Assembly: GCA_010093605.1 (NCBI GenBank)
Contig: MU004190.1
Span: 1,310,961-1,374,960, forward strand
Source of the DNA: Lophium mytilinum
Lineage: Eukaryota
Length of the DNA stretch: 64,000 bases
Direction of reading: 5' to 3'
Made by a program: the position numbers and the translations under genes
The notes under the pieces: generated by a model
Databases searched by the model: none
What the model saw: only the letters and a program-made list of their open reading frames with translations
Told to the model about the DNA's origin: nothing
Shown here: piece by piece, positions 35,946 to 47,723 of the stretch
How positions within the stretch are numbered: the stretch's first letter is position 1
How the letters are laid out: each line of letters opens with the position of its first letter

Positions 35946-36941
35946 CTATGCGTGCACCGTTGAGCCTAGGTCGTCCGTATTCGCATGATCGGAGTGTGAA
36001 ACTTCGAAGGGAACTGCCGGTCCACTCCATTCACGCGTACCCACTGGCTCCATTCCCTCCGCTCTCGGCCATGCAGGTGGCAAAGGGTGTGCCAATAGCA
36101 TCTTCCCAAAATCGAACTCTGTATCAGAATCCACTCTCTTCTCAGTCCCCGCTAGAATCGTATTGAAAGCACCAACTTTCAGCTCGCCTATCAGAAAGCC
36201 CATCTCTTTCACTCTTTCCTTCTGCCATTCCTCCTCTGGCGCCTTGATAATGATGACCGGGTCCGGCGTATCCTCCACTTCATGCACGCTTCCAACCGTA
36301 AATCTCGCCTCTTTCTCTGTGCCCTCATTCTTCGCATCCAAAATTGCCTCCCAGGTCTTCGCCAGCGCCGCAACCTTCTCCCCTGGAACCATGATCGTTA
36401 AGCTCTTCACACCGTGCGCTCCGCTCGGATGTCTCGCGCTCGCCTCTCTCAACGGCACCCGCAAATCCCTCGGCGTAACATCATGGCAGAAGAAAGGCAC
36501 CAACCCCCTCTTCGACCCCGTGCCCGCGGGAAACGTAACCTCCCACTCAACACGCGTTCCATCCGGCCTATTCCGTGCGCCATGCTGCGGCTGTTGGTAA
36601 ACGACCGGCAACCCACCCTCTGCGTTTGACTTCGTCAGTCTTTCAGCTACATTGTCTATGCAAAGCCCGGCGGCGCCTTCTGTCGTGAAGGCAAGGTCCG
36701 CAATACCGGTCTGCTTGTCACCCCACCAGTGACCTTCACGCAGGGTAACGTCGTCGTCTATGAATGCGATGAGCTCGATATAGCAGCCGTCAGGTAGCAG
36801 GATGAGCTTGTTTTCGGTCTTGTTGTCCCCGTGACGGCCGCCGGGGGAGACGGTGAATTGGGTCGTGAGCCAGGTAGGGACGGATTGGACTGAGGCGTAG
36901 GGGACGAATATGACTATGTGGTCAAGGTGGGGTGGAGGCAT
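35946..36941 (-). CDS. Glyoxalase-like domain protein (Glyoxalase_3 type)
   Basis: LDHIVI, GGRHGDNKTENKLILLPDGCYIELIAF, HWWG, PFFCHDVTPRDLRVP, HPSGAHGV; single exon. Confidence 0.88.
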   Translation of the reverse strand: MPPPHLDHIVIFVPYASVQSVPTWLTTQFTVSPGGRHGDNKTENKLILLPDGCYIELIAFIDDDVTLREGHWWGDKQTGIADLAFTTEGAAGLCIDNVAERLTKSNAEGGLPVVYQQPQHGARNRPDGTRVEWEVTFPAGTGSKRGLVPFFCHDVTPRDLRVPLREASARHPSGAHGVKSLTIMVPGEKVAALAKTWEAILDAKNEGTEKEARFTVGSVHEVEDTPDPVIIIKAPEEEWQKERVKEMGFLIGELKVGAFNTILAGTEKRVDSDTEFDFGKMLLAHPLPPAWPRAEGMEPVGTREWSGPAVPFEVSHSDHANTDDLGSTVHA

Positions 36942-37623
36942 GATTGATTCTTTGGTGCTGAGATGAGTCTGAAATTGGAGTATTAGAAGTTTTACGAGGG
37001 TTGATAAAGTATTACAAAGATTGAGAGATGCGCTTGCGGAAGATTATGTGACTCAGAGCTTGCGAATATAGGCGGAATGCGCTCTCTCGATGCGAAAGTT
37101 CTACTAACCCTGAGATGCACAGGCTACACAGTGATATGGCAACTCCTTCCAGTTGGTATTGGGAGGCTTTGATGTTTGGGCAGTAAGTAGAAAAGTTTCA
37201 AAGTGGGATACGAAGTCGGACTTAAGTGGAGTATTCTATCTTACTCCGTAATACAAAGCAAAGCTGACCAAAATACTAACAGTACCCGCAAGATACAAGA
37301 CTGAGAACATCTAGTCTCTTCGAAATCTATTCGGTCTCCTCACAAAATACGTGCAACGGGACCTATGTGGACTAATCCGATGATTAGTCATGTGACATAC
37401 AGACACTAAGCCCCTTCGTCACTAACGTATTCGGCTAACCTTCCGCGTGCCTTCACTATAGATCTGCATATAACTCCAGAAGCTGCGGGGCTTACTCAAC
37501 ATGCCATGAATGCTAGAGTCCGAATTCTCACAGTGTTGCACTTAGCTATCAGTCTCATCTCTTCACGAAGTCACGACCATCGTATTCTACAAAATACCAT
37601 CTTAAGCAAAAGCTGTTATCAAC

Positions 37624-38771
37624 ATGGCGCAAAATGGGGAGCCTTCTCGGGACGCTCTGGTCAATCGGCAGCTACCTGAGATGCAGCTATCTGATGGTTC
37701 ATCTTCGTCTATGACAGCCCCGCCCCCACCAGCGCCACCGTACCTGACTACGGAAGGCCGAGCGGTGTATAGATTTAACGTCGAAGGAAATGCGATTAGT
37801 ACGTAAACGAACTTTGCGTTTTCAGAGTTCCGGGTATCCTATGAACAAACTTACTTACTATCAATCTAGTCACTGGAGGCGCGGGAACATTAGCCCTAGA
37901 GGGGGCTCGAGCGCTCCTTGAGCACGGTTTGTCGGGCCTCGCGCTATTCGATCTCAACCCTCAGCAGGCGGCTGAGCCAATCGCGGCATTGAAGACCGAC
38001 TTCCCGGACGCTAAGATCATCACCAAAACGGTCGATGTTAGAGATGCGGAGAGTATCGGTACTGCTGTGAAAGAGACAGCGAGGCAGTTGGGGAGTGTCG
38101 ATGTCCTGTGCTGTTTCGCAGGCGTTGTGGGCTGCACCCATGCTCTCGATATGAGTGTCGAAGAGTGGAAGCGAACTATGGACATCAATTCCACCGGGTC
38201 TTTCCTATGTGCCCAGGCTGTTGCGAGGTGAGACTACCCCTTGCGTATCTGAGTGCAAAGTGCTCACCTTTCGACCAGGCAAATGGTGGATCAGAAGAGC
38301 GGAGGGGCTATAGTCTTCATTGCCTGTGAGCCGCGTTACTTCGCTTCATATAAAAGTCGTCTCTTACCTAAGTGCTAACATACTATTAGCCATGTCCGGC
38401 CACCGTGTAAACTTTCCGCAGCCCCAAGCTGCCTACAACGTCTCCAAAGCATCCCTATTGCATCTCAAGAACTGTCTCGCGGCGGAATGGTCTCGGTACG
38501 GCATCCGCGTGAACTCCATATCCCCAGGATACATGGACACCATTCTCAACGAAGGGGCCGGCCTCGAGCGAGCTAGAACCGTTTGGGCGAATCGCAACCC
38601 GATGGGCAGAATGGGCGTGCCTCAGGAACTGACGGGACCGCTGGTACTCCTCTGTTCTGCGGCGGGAAGTTACATCAATGCCGCGGATATCATAGTCGAC
38701 GGTAAGCTTGCGTACCTAATCATGAGAATCAGAGTTAATCAAGTTATTAAGGTGGTGCTATTGTCTTCTAG
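37624..38771 (+). CDS. Short-chain dehydrogenase (D-arabinitol dehydrogenase / sorbose reductase-like)
   Basis: ITGGAGTLA, CFAGV, PQAAYNVSKA (YxxxK), IRVNSISPGYMDT; four introns. Confidence 0.9.
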
Positions 38772-39131
38772 ATAGATGAGGTGCTGAAGCACCATAAACA
38801 GCGGCAAGTAGGTGGGCTGTTAACGTGTGAAGTTTCCTGCCTCAAGCGCGCTCAGGGACTTATCAAAGCTTCCGGATAGTGCCGATATACTTCCCACGGT
38901 AGTGAGCAAAGCGCTCAGACTTTTGGCAAGGAAATACAACTGGAAATTGGTTGAAAACACACGTAGACACCAATGCTAATAGATATGTCGTCAAACTCCA
39001 ACATATAGCGACGAATCGCTCAATGAACAAGGAAGCGCTGAATGAATGTACGCGAGTATCATTAAAAAAATAAGGCGCTCCCGTGCGCTCGTAGCCCAAA
39101 CCATCAAAACCCAAGGAATAAACTCCTACTC

Positions 39132-39518
39132 TTAATCTCGATTCGTCGCATCTCTTCGCTCATTCGCAGCTCCACTCCGGAAACGTTCTCCGTCTTGAGG
39201 TTCATACGGCGGAGGTTCGTACGGCGGCGGCGGCGGCGGCTCCGCCATTTCACTGGTCGACTCCGCACGCCGGCTTACACTACTAGCTTGCTGCAACTGT
39301 GATTTTCGTCGGCGCTCCATGGTGTATTTGGTGCCCTGAATGGTGTAGTCGACTTCTGGGAAGATGTAGGCCAGGAGGTTGACGGGCGCAGAAAGAATTC
39401 GTTTGGCGGCGCTTTTGGATGACTCGGCCGGGACGTTGGAGCTGGAACCAGTTGTGGGTATGTGGTTTTTGGGCACTGTCTCGTTGGTGGACTCCAGGGG
39501 TAGCTTTTCAGTAGACAT
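39132..39518 (-). CDS. Small hypothetical protein with two PPxY motifs
   Basis: 128-aa ORF, agcaATG start, EPPPPPPYEPPPY. Confidence 0.5.
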   Translation of the reverse strand: MSTEKLPLESTNETVPKNHIPTTGSSSNVPAESSKSAAKRILSAPVNLLAYIFPEVDYTIQGTKYTMERRRKSQLQQASSVSRRAESTSEMAEPPPPPPYEPPPYEPQDGERFRSGAANERRDATNRD

Positions 39519-40418
39519 TGCTTAGATCGAAAGTCGTAAGGAAAGTTATCGAATCGGCAGCGAGAGAAGTAGCTCGATGTGAGTTGGAGCTTGAGAAAGT
39601 AGAGAGGTTGATATGATGATAGTGTTCGAATTTGCTCTCTATAGATAACCCTTGTATCACGAGTGTGTATACTGTGCTAAGTGTGCGGTTGGATACTGAA
39701 AAGGCGGACTTTTACATTTGAAGGAGAACCTGAGGCGTAGCAAAAAGGAATAAGGCGGACTCGAAGAAGTACCAGGGTATATCAGAAGGAGGATCGGTTC
39801 TTGGATTACAACCTCGTATCGGAAAATGGAGTGAGTGAAGAGTGGACCGATGTGGTGATATACTGCGGGCGGGAATAGGACTGTGCCTGGGCGCAGCAGC
39901 CTTGAGTGGCGGTCATCAACTTTCAAGGCAGCTTCGTCTCACTCAGGCTGAAACGTGTGACGTAAGCAATGATTCGAGGAGGTTAGTCTCAAAGTTCCGT
40001 ACAACCCCTGGGCTATAGGAGGTGGTTGAAGAGGGAAGGTGCAGAGGCACTGGCGGCAGGCGGGCGGGGTAGGATATCTCCTGTCCAAGTTGCGTACTTC
40101 TCAGCATGGGTGCGCAGCTATGAGAATAATCTTCACTTCTCTTACGACCATCCATCAACATCATCACTCGGCATGTCTGAGGATTTTAATGTGATGACAT
40201 ATCGGCATGAGGCTATGTAGATATCTACAACTTCAAAGAAAAACATGCGAGAACTTCTGGAACGATTGATAGATCAAGGGAGTAAGAAAAGACACTTAAA
40301 CGGCGGCGAAAGAGAAAGTGAATGGACGGAGAGATCTCGATGGTCCTCAAGCTTGGGAAGGAAGCACCTCTTAGTAAGTCTTCGAACACGCTCAACATTC
40401 ATAGATATAGGAGCTCTT

Positions 40419-41988
40419 CTATCTCCCGCTACCCTCAATTCGCAATGGTACCGGTTTTCGGCGTATTGGCTGTATAACGGGGTCGAAAGGTATTGATCGG
40501 TTGCGCGATTGTAAAGATGGCATAGGTGTAGTCCGAATTATGTCTTCCACCTCGGAGGCCTGGGCGGAATGTGATATGATTTCCGCCTCTTCTTTGTCAA
40601 CGGTCTGTTCAGAGATGTCTTCAGGGAAGAAAAGACTCTCTTCGTCCTCCGCCTGCCGAGCTCCTCCGCCGATAGGAGCTTCTGGATCTAACCAAGAACC
40701 AGGTTTCAACGGTGTCATCGCGCTCTGGGGCGCAGAACATGGGCTGTTATCGAGACCTTCGTGGTCGCCTTCGGGCTCTGGATGGCAGGGTTGCCTCGAG
40801 GATTTTATTTTGGTGATGACATCCAGAATCTTCGACCCTTCTTCCGGCTTTAAGTGCAGGCACTTGACCATCGCAGCAAGTGCATCCAATTCCAAGTCTT
40901 TATGTTTCGTGGAATCTAGCTCGACTGCTATCATATGAGTGAGCGAGAGGCATGCTAGGAAAATGGGCCAGAGGTAACTAACCTGCTTTCCTTCTGTTAA
41001 CTTGCTCCTCTTCGACGTAGTCGTCCTTCGATCTCGGCTGGACTGAATGCTGCCAAAAAAGCCTCTCAGACATGGTCAAATTTTCTTGTGCGTCTGCCGT
41101 GCCATTGCCGAACGCATTACCTATTTCGTCTGTTTTCACGGTCCTTGCAGAGAATTCTTCTTTCTCTTCTGACATTTGGCCTGGTATGGTTGTATTCTCG
41201 GGCTTACTCGGCGCATTATACATGGTTTGAGGGCCGGATTTCGGTAAGGTACTATTACCTAGATCCTGCGTAGGACCATGAAGTGCAAGGTTGGTAGGTA
41301 ATGCATAGCCGGCATTGGTTGCTATAGTCAGGGTCAGTAGAGAACGACAAAGTATATAATGGGATATAACTGACTGATAATGGTTCGGTCGCTAATATTT
41401 GCCGGAGAAACGGACCGAGATTGGGTTGTAGTATGGACTACAAGGCTATGATCTTCTACCTGCTGAGATAGCTGCGTTGTAAACGCGAGGGATGATGTTA
41501 GGAACTCGTATAGAAATGTGTATGGCGAGAGATCACTCACTGAAATCCAGGTCGTCGACGGTTCCGTCACAGCTAGGTGAAGTGCTTGAGTGACCCTCCA
41601 AGCACATCTTGTTTGGACTAGAACGCATCTCAAGCTCTGCGTAGGTTGCTAGCCAGCCTCGTACTATATTTTCCGACTGCTTCTCGTGCAACCTACACAC
41701 CATTACCTCGGCCAAATCGCGAAGTAACTGTTCGAAATTCTCATGATCCGGATCCAGCTCTTGAAGCCTTAGTAGAATTGGCTTAATGTCTCTTCTGACT
41801 ATATTTCGCTTGATCGCCTTCTTGCATCGCCTCTTACCGCTGTCGATATTGGCTGGGCAGGTGACAGCCTTGCGATTTGGATCATTTTTGTTGACAGCAG
41901 CCTCATTGAATATAGAGATTGTCGCAAAGATGCTCCACCTAGTCGGAGCGCTGGAGGTAGTAGACGCCGTCATTTGTAAGTCGTCCAT
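40419..41988 (-). CDS. Hypothetical multi-exon protein with N-terminal C-x9-C...C-x2-H putative zinc-binding motif; possible frameshift
   Basis: TCPANIDSGKRRCKKAI...LAEVMVCRLHEKQS...W. Exons 2-4 join in frame through gtcagt/gttagt introns, but the exon 1-2 phase only fits after a frame change. Confidence 0.5.
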
Positions 41989-42273
41989 CGTGCCAGAGAC
42001 ATATTGATTCGGATTGGACAATGGGGCTATGTAAACCTAGCACGAAGGCGAAAGAAAGATGGAATGTCTGCAAGACTTATATAAGAGATTGGGGCTAGAG
42101 AGAGCGATATAAAAGCAGCTGAGTTGAAAGAGAAGTAGCCTGGGAACTGGCTTTATATACATCACGGGACCTCCTCTAGACCGATGAGTTAGGGGGGATG
42201 TAACTTGATCTCCTGAACACATAACAGTTACACATACTCCAGGAACTCGGTGCTTTCCTTTGTCTTCTAATTA

Positions 42274-42387
42274 CACTCTCCCCCCCTGTACGGACTGGAC
42301 ACGACCGTGCGTAGAGCAGGGGATTTAACATACAAAAACCCTTGTTTTGCGCACGGTCGTGTCCAGTCCGTACAGGGGGGAAGAGTG
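42274..42387. mobile_element. Near-perfect foldback element, MITE-like (114 bp, TA flanks)
   Basis: TA|CACTCTCCCCCCCTGTACGGACTGGACACGACCGTGCG ... CGCACGGTCGTGTCCAGTCCGTACAGGGGGGAAGAGTG|TA. Confidence 0.75.
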
Positions 42388-42524
42388 TATAAGCTGAAAC
42401 AGTTTCCGCTGCGAGCTCCCGCCCAAGATTGAGGTCATAAGGTCATAGCGTTGCGGGACAACCCGAGCTATGGTCAAGTCAGCTAAGATTTAGCATTTGC
42501 TGGCAGGGGTTCCGTTTGTTGTTA

Positions 42525-42761
42525 CACAGTGGGTGAAGTCCGTGATGTCAGTCAAGGCAACAAGGCAGAAACTACTTATCGACCGAAATCCATCAAAGAG
42601 CGGTCGAAATTATCAGGAAAATGTAGTGGATGCAACGAAAGCAGGCTCCTAGAGCACATCTAGCTACTTTTTCTAGAGTATTTGACGTTGGTCGCTGTGT
42701 TGTGGAGGTGGACTCTTGGTGCCTTGTTGCCTGACCGACATCACGGACTTCGCCCACTGTG
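42525..42761. mobile_element. Second MITE-like element (~237 bp, ~43-bp imperfect TIRs beginning CACAGTGGG)
   Basis: 42525-42567 CACAGTGGGTGAAGTCCGTGATGTCAGTCAAGGCAACAAGGCA is the near reverse complement of 42720-42761; no clean TSD. Confidence 0.6.
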
Positions 42762-43537
42762 GTTGCGCTATTCAAAGTTGTATTTGCTGTTCAATGATCC
42801 TGGTTTCATGAACCCCTGCTTCGTGGTACCTCACGCTCGAGAGCTCGAGATACGCTTGAAGCTTCCATACACTCGAAATGCACGGTCCGACATTACAGGA
42901 GTCTCTGCAATGACACCATTTGACGTCCCGCCGGATGGCTGGGCGACAGCCGTGACAAGCTCCCCTGCTCATTACAACAAGCCCTGGCAGCCACGACGAG
43001 TCCCAAAGATCTGGAGCACCGTTCACCCCCCAACAAGTCAATGACGCCGATTGTTTACATCGCCAATAGCTCCACAAACATACTATTGGGCAAGGCGAGT
43101 TACGTCCTGCTGTCGAATCTGCGATGCGAAGTGTGATTACTGAGCTATGCGTGAAGATGTTGGTGGGAGGCGAATATCGTGAGAAATCCAGACACCGGAT
43201 TTTTGTTCTACCGCCGTCCACCTCAATGCGGCAACTTTTAGGCGCCAAGAGTAGCTCAAAACCGTGGAAGACAGAGCGACATGAGTTTGACGAAATTCTC
43301 ACCTCCACCCACCTTTTCGCACGTAAGTCAGCAACCACAACTCGTGTAACGGAAAGGAAACCAGATCTGGAATCGCCAGAGCAACTAGAATAGATGAGGA
43401 AGTTCTGGAATTATTTTCCTACCGGCCCATGAAGATTGTGGGGGGGTCAAATCTGACTGCCGCAAGAATACGCCGCCAAACCTGTGTGCGAACTCCAAAC
43501 AAACACGAAATACTACCCAATGGACCTACAAACCTCA

Positions 43538-44590
43538 TCACGACCGCTCCGGCAGCTCCACCTCCCCAATAACCGACTTCAGAATCTCCGGCACAATCTC
43601 ACTCGCATCGCCTTGAAAGAACCAATCCCCATCATACATGCCCCCGGCCGGAATGTCCGCAGGATCCATATTGACCACCGCGACCTTCGCTCCCCTCTCC
43701 CTCGCGTCGTCGACGTAGCCGGCCGCCGGATACACGCGAGCGCTTGTTCCAATCACCATTATTAGGTCGATCTGCTGCGAATCGTCCATCCAAGTCTCGA
43801 TCTCCTTGAGCGTGTCCTTTGGCAGCATCTCTCCAAACCATACAACGCCGGGCCTGAGTAGACCCTTCTTACACTTCGGACACCGTGGGAGATCGCGGAG
43901 GGACAGCTCGGGAAGGGTAACACGCTCGTCCGAGATATCAAGTTCACGGGCACGAAGGGCTTCGGTGGTGGTAGGGTCCGACTCGTCCGTAGGGAGGGCA
44001 AGGGCAGGCACAATGGGGTCGGTGAAGTTGTTCGTTTCTGTGTATTCACAGAAGAAATCGTTACATTTCACGTTGAAGAGGGAGCCGTGGACGAGTTTGA
44101 GGCTTGAAGGGGAGTGGGAGGCTCTTTGCGAAAGACCTGCATTCGAGCAGTCAGCCCCGCTCTCTTACCGACCGTAGAATGAATGCATGGTGTATGGAGG
44201 AGTGTACGTAGGTGTATAGGCAGGAAGCTAGGGTGATGGGGAGGCAGTACCGTCCACGTTCTGGCTCACAGTCAAAAAGTCTTTTCGTCGTGCCAGCTCT
44301 GCCAACGCGTAATGTGCCCGATTCGGATGTGCCTTTAGTGACATATGCCGTCTATAGGAGTAGAACTGCCACACCAATGCCGGATCCCGCTGGAATGCCC
44401 CCGGGGTGGCGAGCTCGGTGGCTTCGTGGGTTCGCCATAGTCCCCCAGCACCGCGAAAGGTAGGTAGACCAGAGGAGGCTGAGAGTCCAGCGCCAACAAG
44501 AGCTACTATACGCTTTGAAGAGTTCAGGTGTCTCTGGAAGGACTCGAGATCGGCCGGGGGTACGAGGGTAGGTCTGGCCGTGGATGCCAT
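43538..44590 (-). CDS. Class III sirtuin (SIRT5/CobB-like NAD-dependent deacylase)
   Basis: GAGLSASSGLPTFRGAGGLWR, WQFYSYRR, SQNVDG, VHGSLF, CxxxxC...CPKC, LRPGVVWFGE, IGTSARVYPAAG; one intron. In-frame upstream ATGs at 44608 and 44656. Confidence 0.93.
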
Positions 44591-44925
44591 TCTGGTGGTG
44601 GCGGGCATCCAGATAGCTTTACGGGGGAAGAAGTAGCAGAAAGACGGGCTGGGCATCAGTTGAGGCGGGGTCAGCGGTGCATTTTCAGGGCGGACTGACA
44701 ACCTGAGGGAAGTACAGATACGACTCGAGGCTGCGGGGAAATACAGGCAGGCAGCATTGTGGGAGGAGCATGCAGGAGTGGAGTGGCACCATAGAAAGGC
44801 ACGACGTCAACTCCACTCCCTTGCTAGCCCGGGCCCTCTATCGATAGCAATACTCTCCGACGTGACTGGAAATTTTGCCCGAGAACGGGCACGACATGTA
44901 CATCTTCACCCCCCGATGACCAGCA

Positions 44926-46796
44926 ATGCTCCCGGCTCTACGCCCATTGCTATCCGCTACGCGAGGGCGAGCATGTGCTGCTCCAATACCGTGTCTGAGG
45001 AGAGGATTGGTTGTGTCCGCGGCGGATCTCCAATTCGGCCAGCCCGTGTATGAGACGCACCCGCATCTATTACAAGCGGGGGAGAGTAAGGAATTATTGA
45101 AGCTGCTACTACTTGTATTGGACACTTTGCTTATATATATACAGTAACCCCAGGCATTACGGCCCTTGAGTATGCCCACCGACGCACGAAGCTTGCCAGA
45201 TCCCTACCCCTCAACTCCATCGCCATACTCGCTGCGTCAGACCTCAAATACCGCTCTGGCTCTGTTTTCTACAAATACCACCAAGACCCCGACTTCCTAT
45301 ACTTGACCGGTATGCATTGGAGAAACCATTGTCGAAGACAAAGCTAAGTGGGGGTAGGGTTCAATGAACCGGACGCATTGGCAATCATAGGTAGAGACAA
45401 GTCTATCAGCCTACAGGAACAACAACTCAATTCAAGACAGAAAAGCAAGGAGCCGGAGATGAAGACTACAGTTTCCACCTCTACGTCCGCCCAAAAGATG
45501 CCAAAGCGGAGCTCTGGGACGGGCCACGATCTGGCATCCAAGCCGCTGAAGATGTCTTCAATGCCGACGAAGTACTCATCCTCCCCCCAATCCAGAACTT
45601 CATACACTTACGCCTCTTAGACCGAAAGCGTGCACCGCCTCGCCGAAATCCTCCCCCGAATCCTCCAAAGATCCAGCGAAATCTACACCGACCTGCCCAG
45701 CAGCGTGCACCCCAAAACCCCCTTCACGAAATTCATAAGCGGCTTCGACCCCTACCACACCCAAGGCCTGGCCCAGCTCTTCCGCGATGCCCCAAAGACG
45801 CCCATCAAGCCCCTCCGCCCCCTCATGAACAACCTCCGCGTAACCAAAAGCGACGCAGAGGTCCGCAACATGCGCAAAGCGGGCCAAGTCTCCGGCCGCG
45901 CCATCACCGCCGCCATGCGCCAATCATTCTCCGGCGAGAAAGACCTCGACTCCTTCCTCGACTACAAATTCAAAGGCGAGGGCTGCGACGGCCCCGCCTA
46001 CGTGCCCGTGATCGCGGGCGGCGAAGTATAGACCCTCACTATTCTATACGCCGCGCGAACTAACAACCCCAGAACGCCCTCACGATCCACTACGTGCGCA
46101 ACGAAGCCCTCTTCTCCGGCACCGAGCTCGTCCTCGTCGACGCCGGCGCCGAGTACGGCGGCTACATCACCGACATCACGCGCACGTGGCCGACTCGCGG
46201 GAAATTCAGCTCCCCGCAGCGCGACCTCTACGAGATGATCCTGCGCGTGCAGCGCACCTGCGTCTCGCTGTGCCGCGCCGACGCGAACATGACGCTGGAT
46301 AAGCTGCACCGCACCGCCTCCAACGGGCTGAAAGACGGGTTGGGGCAGCTGGGGTTCGACATGTCCGGCGATGTGCGTGACCTTTTCTTTGGCGTGACGA
46401 GTGTACTGTGGAGTATCTGCGTGAAGTTTGAGTGTTGGAAGCGTTACTGACGGTTGGTGTTAGGCGATTGATACGCTGTTCCCGCACCATGTTGGGCATT
46501 TTATCGGGTTGGATGTGCATGATGCGCCGGGGCATCCGAGGACGAACCCCCTGGAGCCGAATCAGTGTATAACCATCGAGCCGTAGGGCCATCCCAAACT
46601 CTCCTCTCTCTCTGAGATCCGCACTAACTCTGGCAACAGCGGCATCTACGTCCCGAACTCCCCCCGCTGGCCCGCCCACTTCCGCGGCATCGGCATCCGC
46701 ATCGAAGACAGCATCTGCGTGCAAGCCGAGAACCCCTTCGTGCTGTCAACCGAAGCAGTCAAAGAAGTCGTCGACATCGAAGCTCTTCGAGACTAG
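44926..46796 (+). CDS. ICP55: Mitochondrial intermediate cleaving peptidase 55 (Xaa-Pro aminopeptidase, M24B)
   Basis: Basic presequence, [71 protein letters not shown]. Confidence 0.9.
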
Positions 46797-47723
46797 AGCC
46801 CTCAAAACTGAACCAGCACAGAGCCTACATAGGAACGTAGTGTAGTTGTATATGTGTGTATATCATGAGTTTGGATTAAATTATTTCGATCTGGTTCGGA
46901 CGTATACTAGAGCGGACTGGTAGCGGACTGGACTGTACATACAAATATCGGTATCATGTTACAAAAAGCCACGCATCATGCTCCCCCCCCACCCGCCGCA
47001 CTCTCCTTCGGTTCACACCCCTCCCTCCCCCCTGTCCTTCTGTGTCGCTGTAGCGAAGCTTCGCTGGCTGCAGTTTACTTCTCCCTTTCCTCGCGTAAAT
47101 GAATATTGAAACCCCCTCCCAGAATAATAAGAAAAAGCAATAGGCGCAAAAATGCTGTGTATGCATATCTCATGTACACGATCCGTGCGAGGACCAACCA
47201 CTTCCATTCTGCATCCAACCCCACTACCTTACGCGTAGGTATCGTTTTGTGCCCGGACCTCCATATTCAAGACGTCTCTCTTCCACCCCCAACCCATCAT
47301 CTATGCGCGTCCCCCACAACAGCAGCTAGCGGCCGGATAACCACCTCTATCCAAAAAGCCTACCGCAAAAAAGAGGAGAGAAAGACAGAGCCGCCCAAAT
47401 GCTCTCAAGAACTCCATACACCCTCCCAAATAGGAAACTCGTCAAATACGATAGGGCTGGGAGATTCACAACCCTCGCTGGTATAGAACCCGGATTGCCA
47501 AGACGCCAACGGGAGGAAAATCCAATCGACCGAGACAGAACGAACAAGCGAGCGTTATTATGGCGTGGGGCGTGTGGCGGGCGTTTTGGTTCTCCATCTC
47601 CTCTCTCTTTCTATCCAATTTCTCTCGATATCCGACAACCTCTTGCAACCAGTCACTGGCTCCCCTGGTGCGGATATCGACCTCGCTGGGGATATCCAGC
47701 TCTCTGCACCACCGGCCAGACGC

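Noticed and set aside
7701..36600. Long antisense ORFs over real genes (e.g. 7701-8282, 14138-14782, 27914-28693, 36163-36600)
   Set aside because: Shadow ORFs from codon bias of the sense gene.
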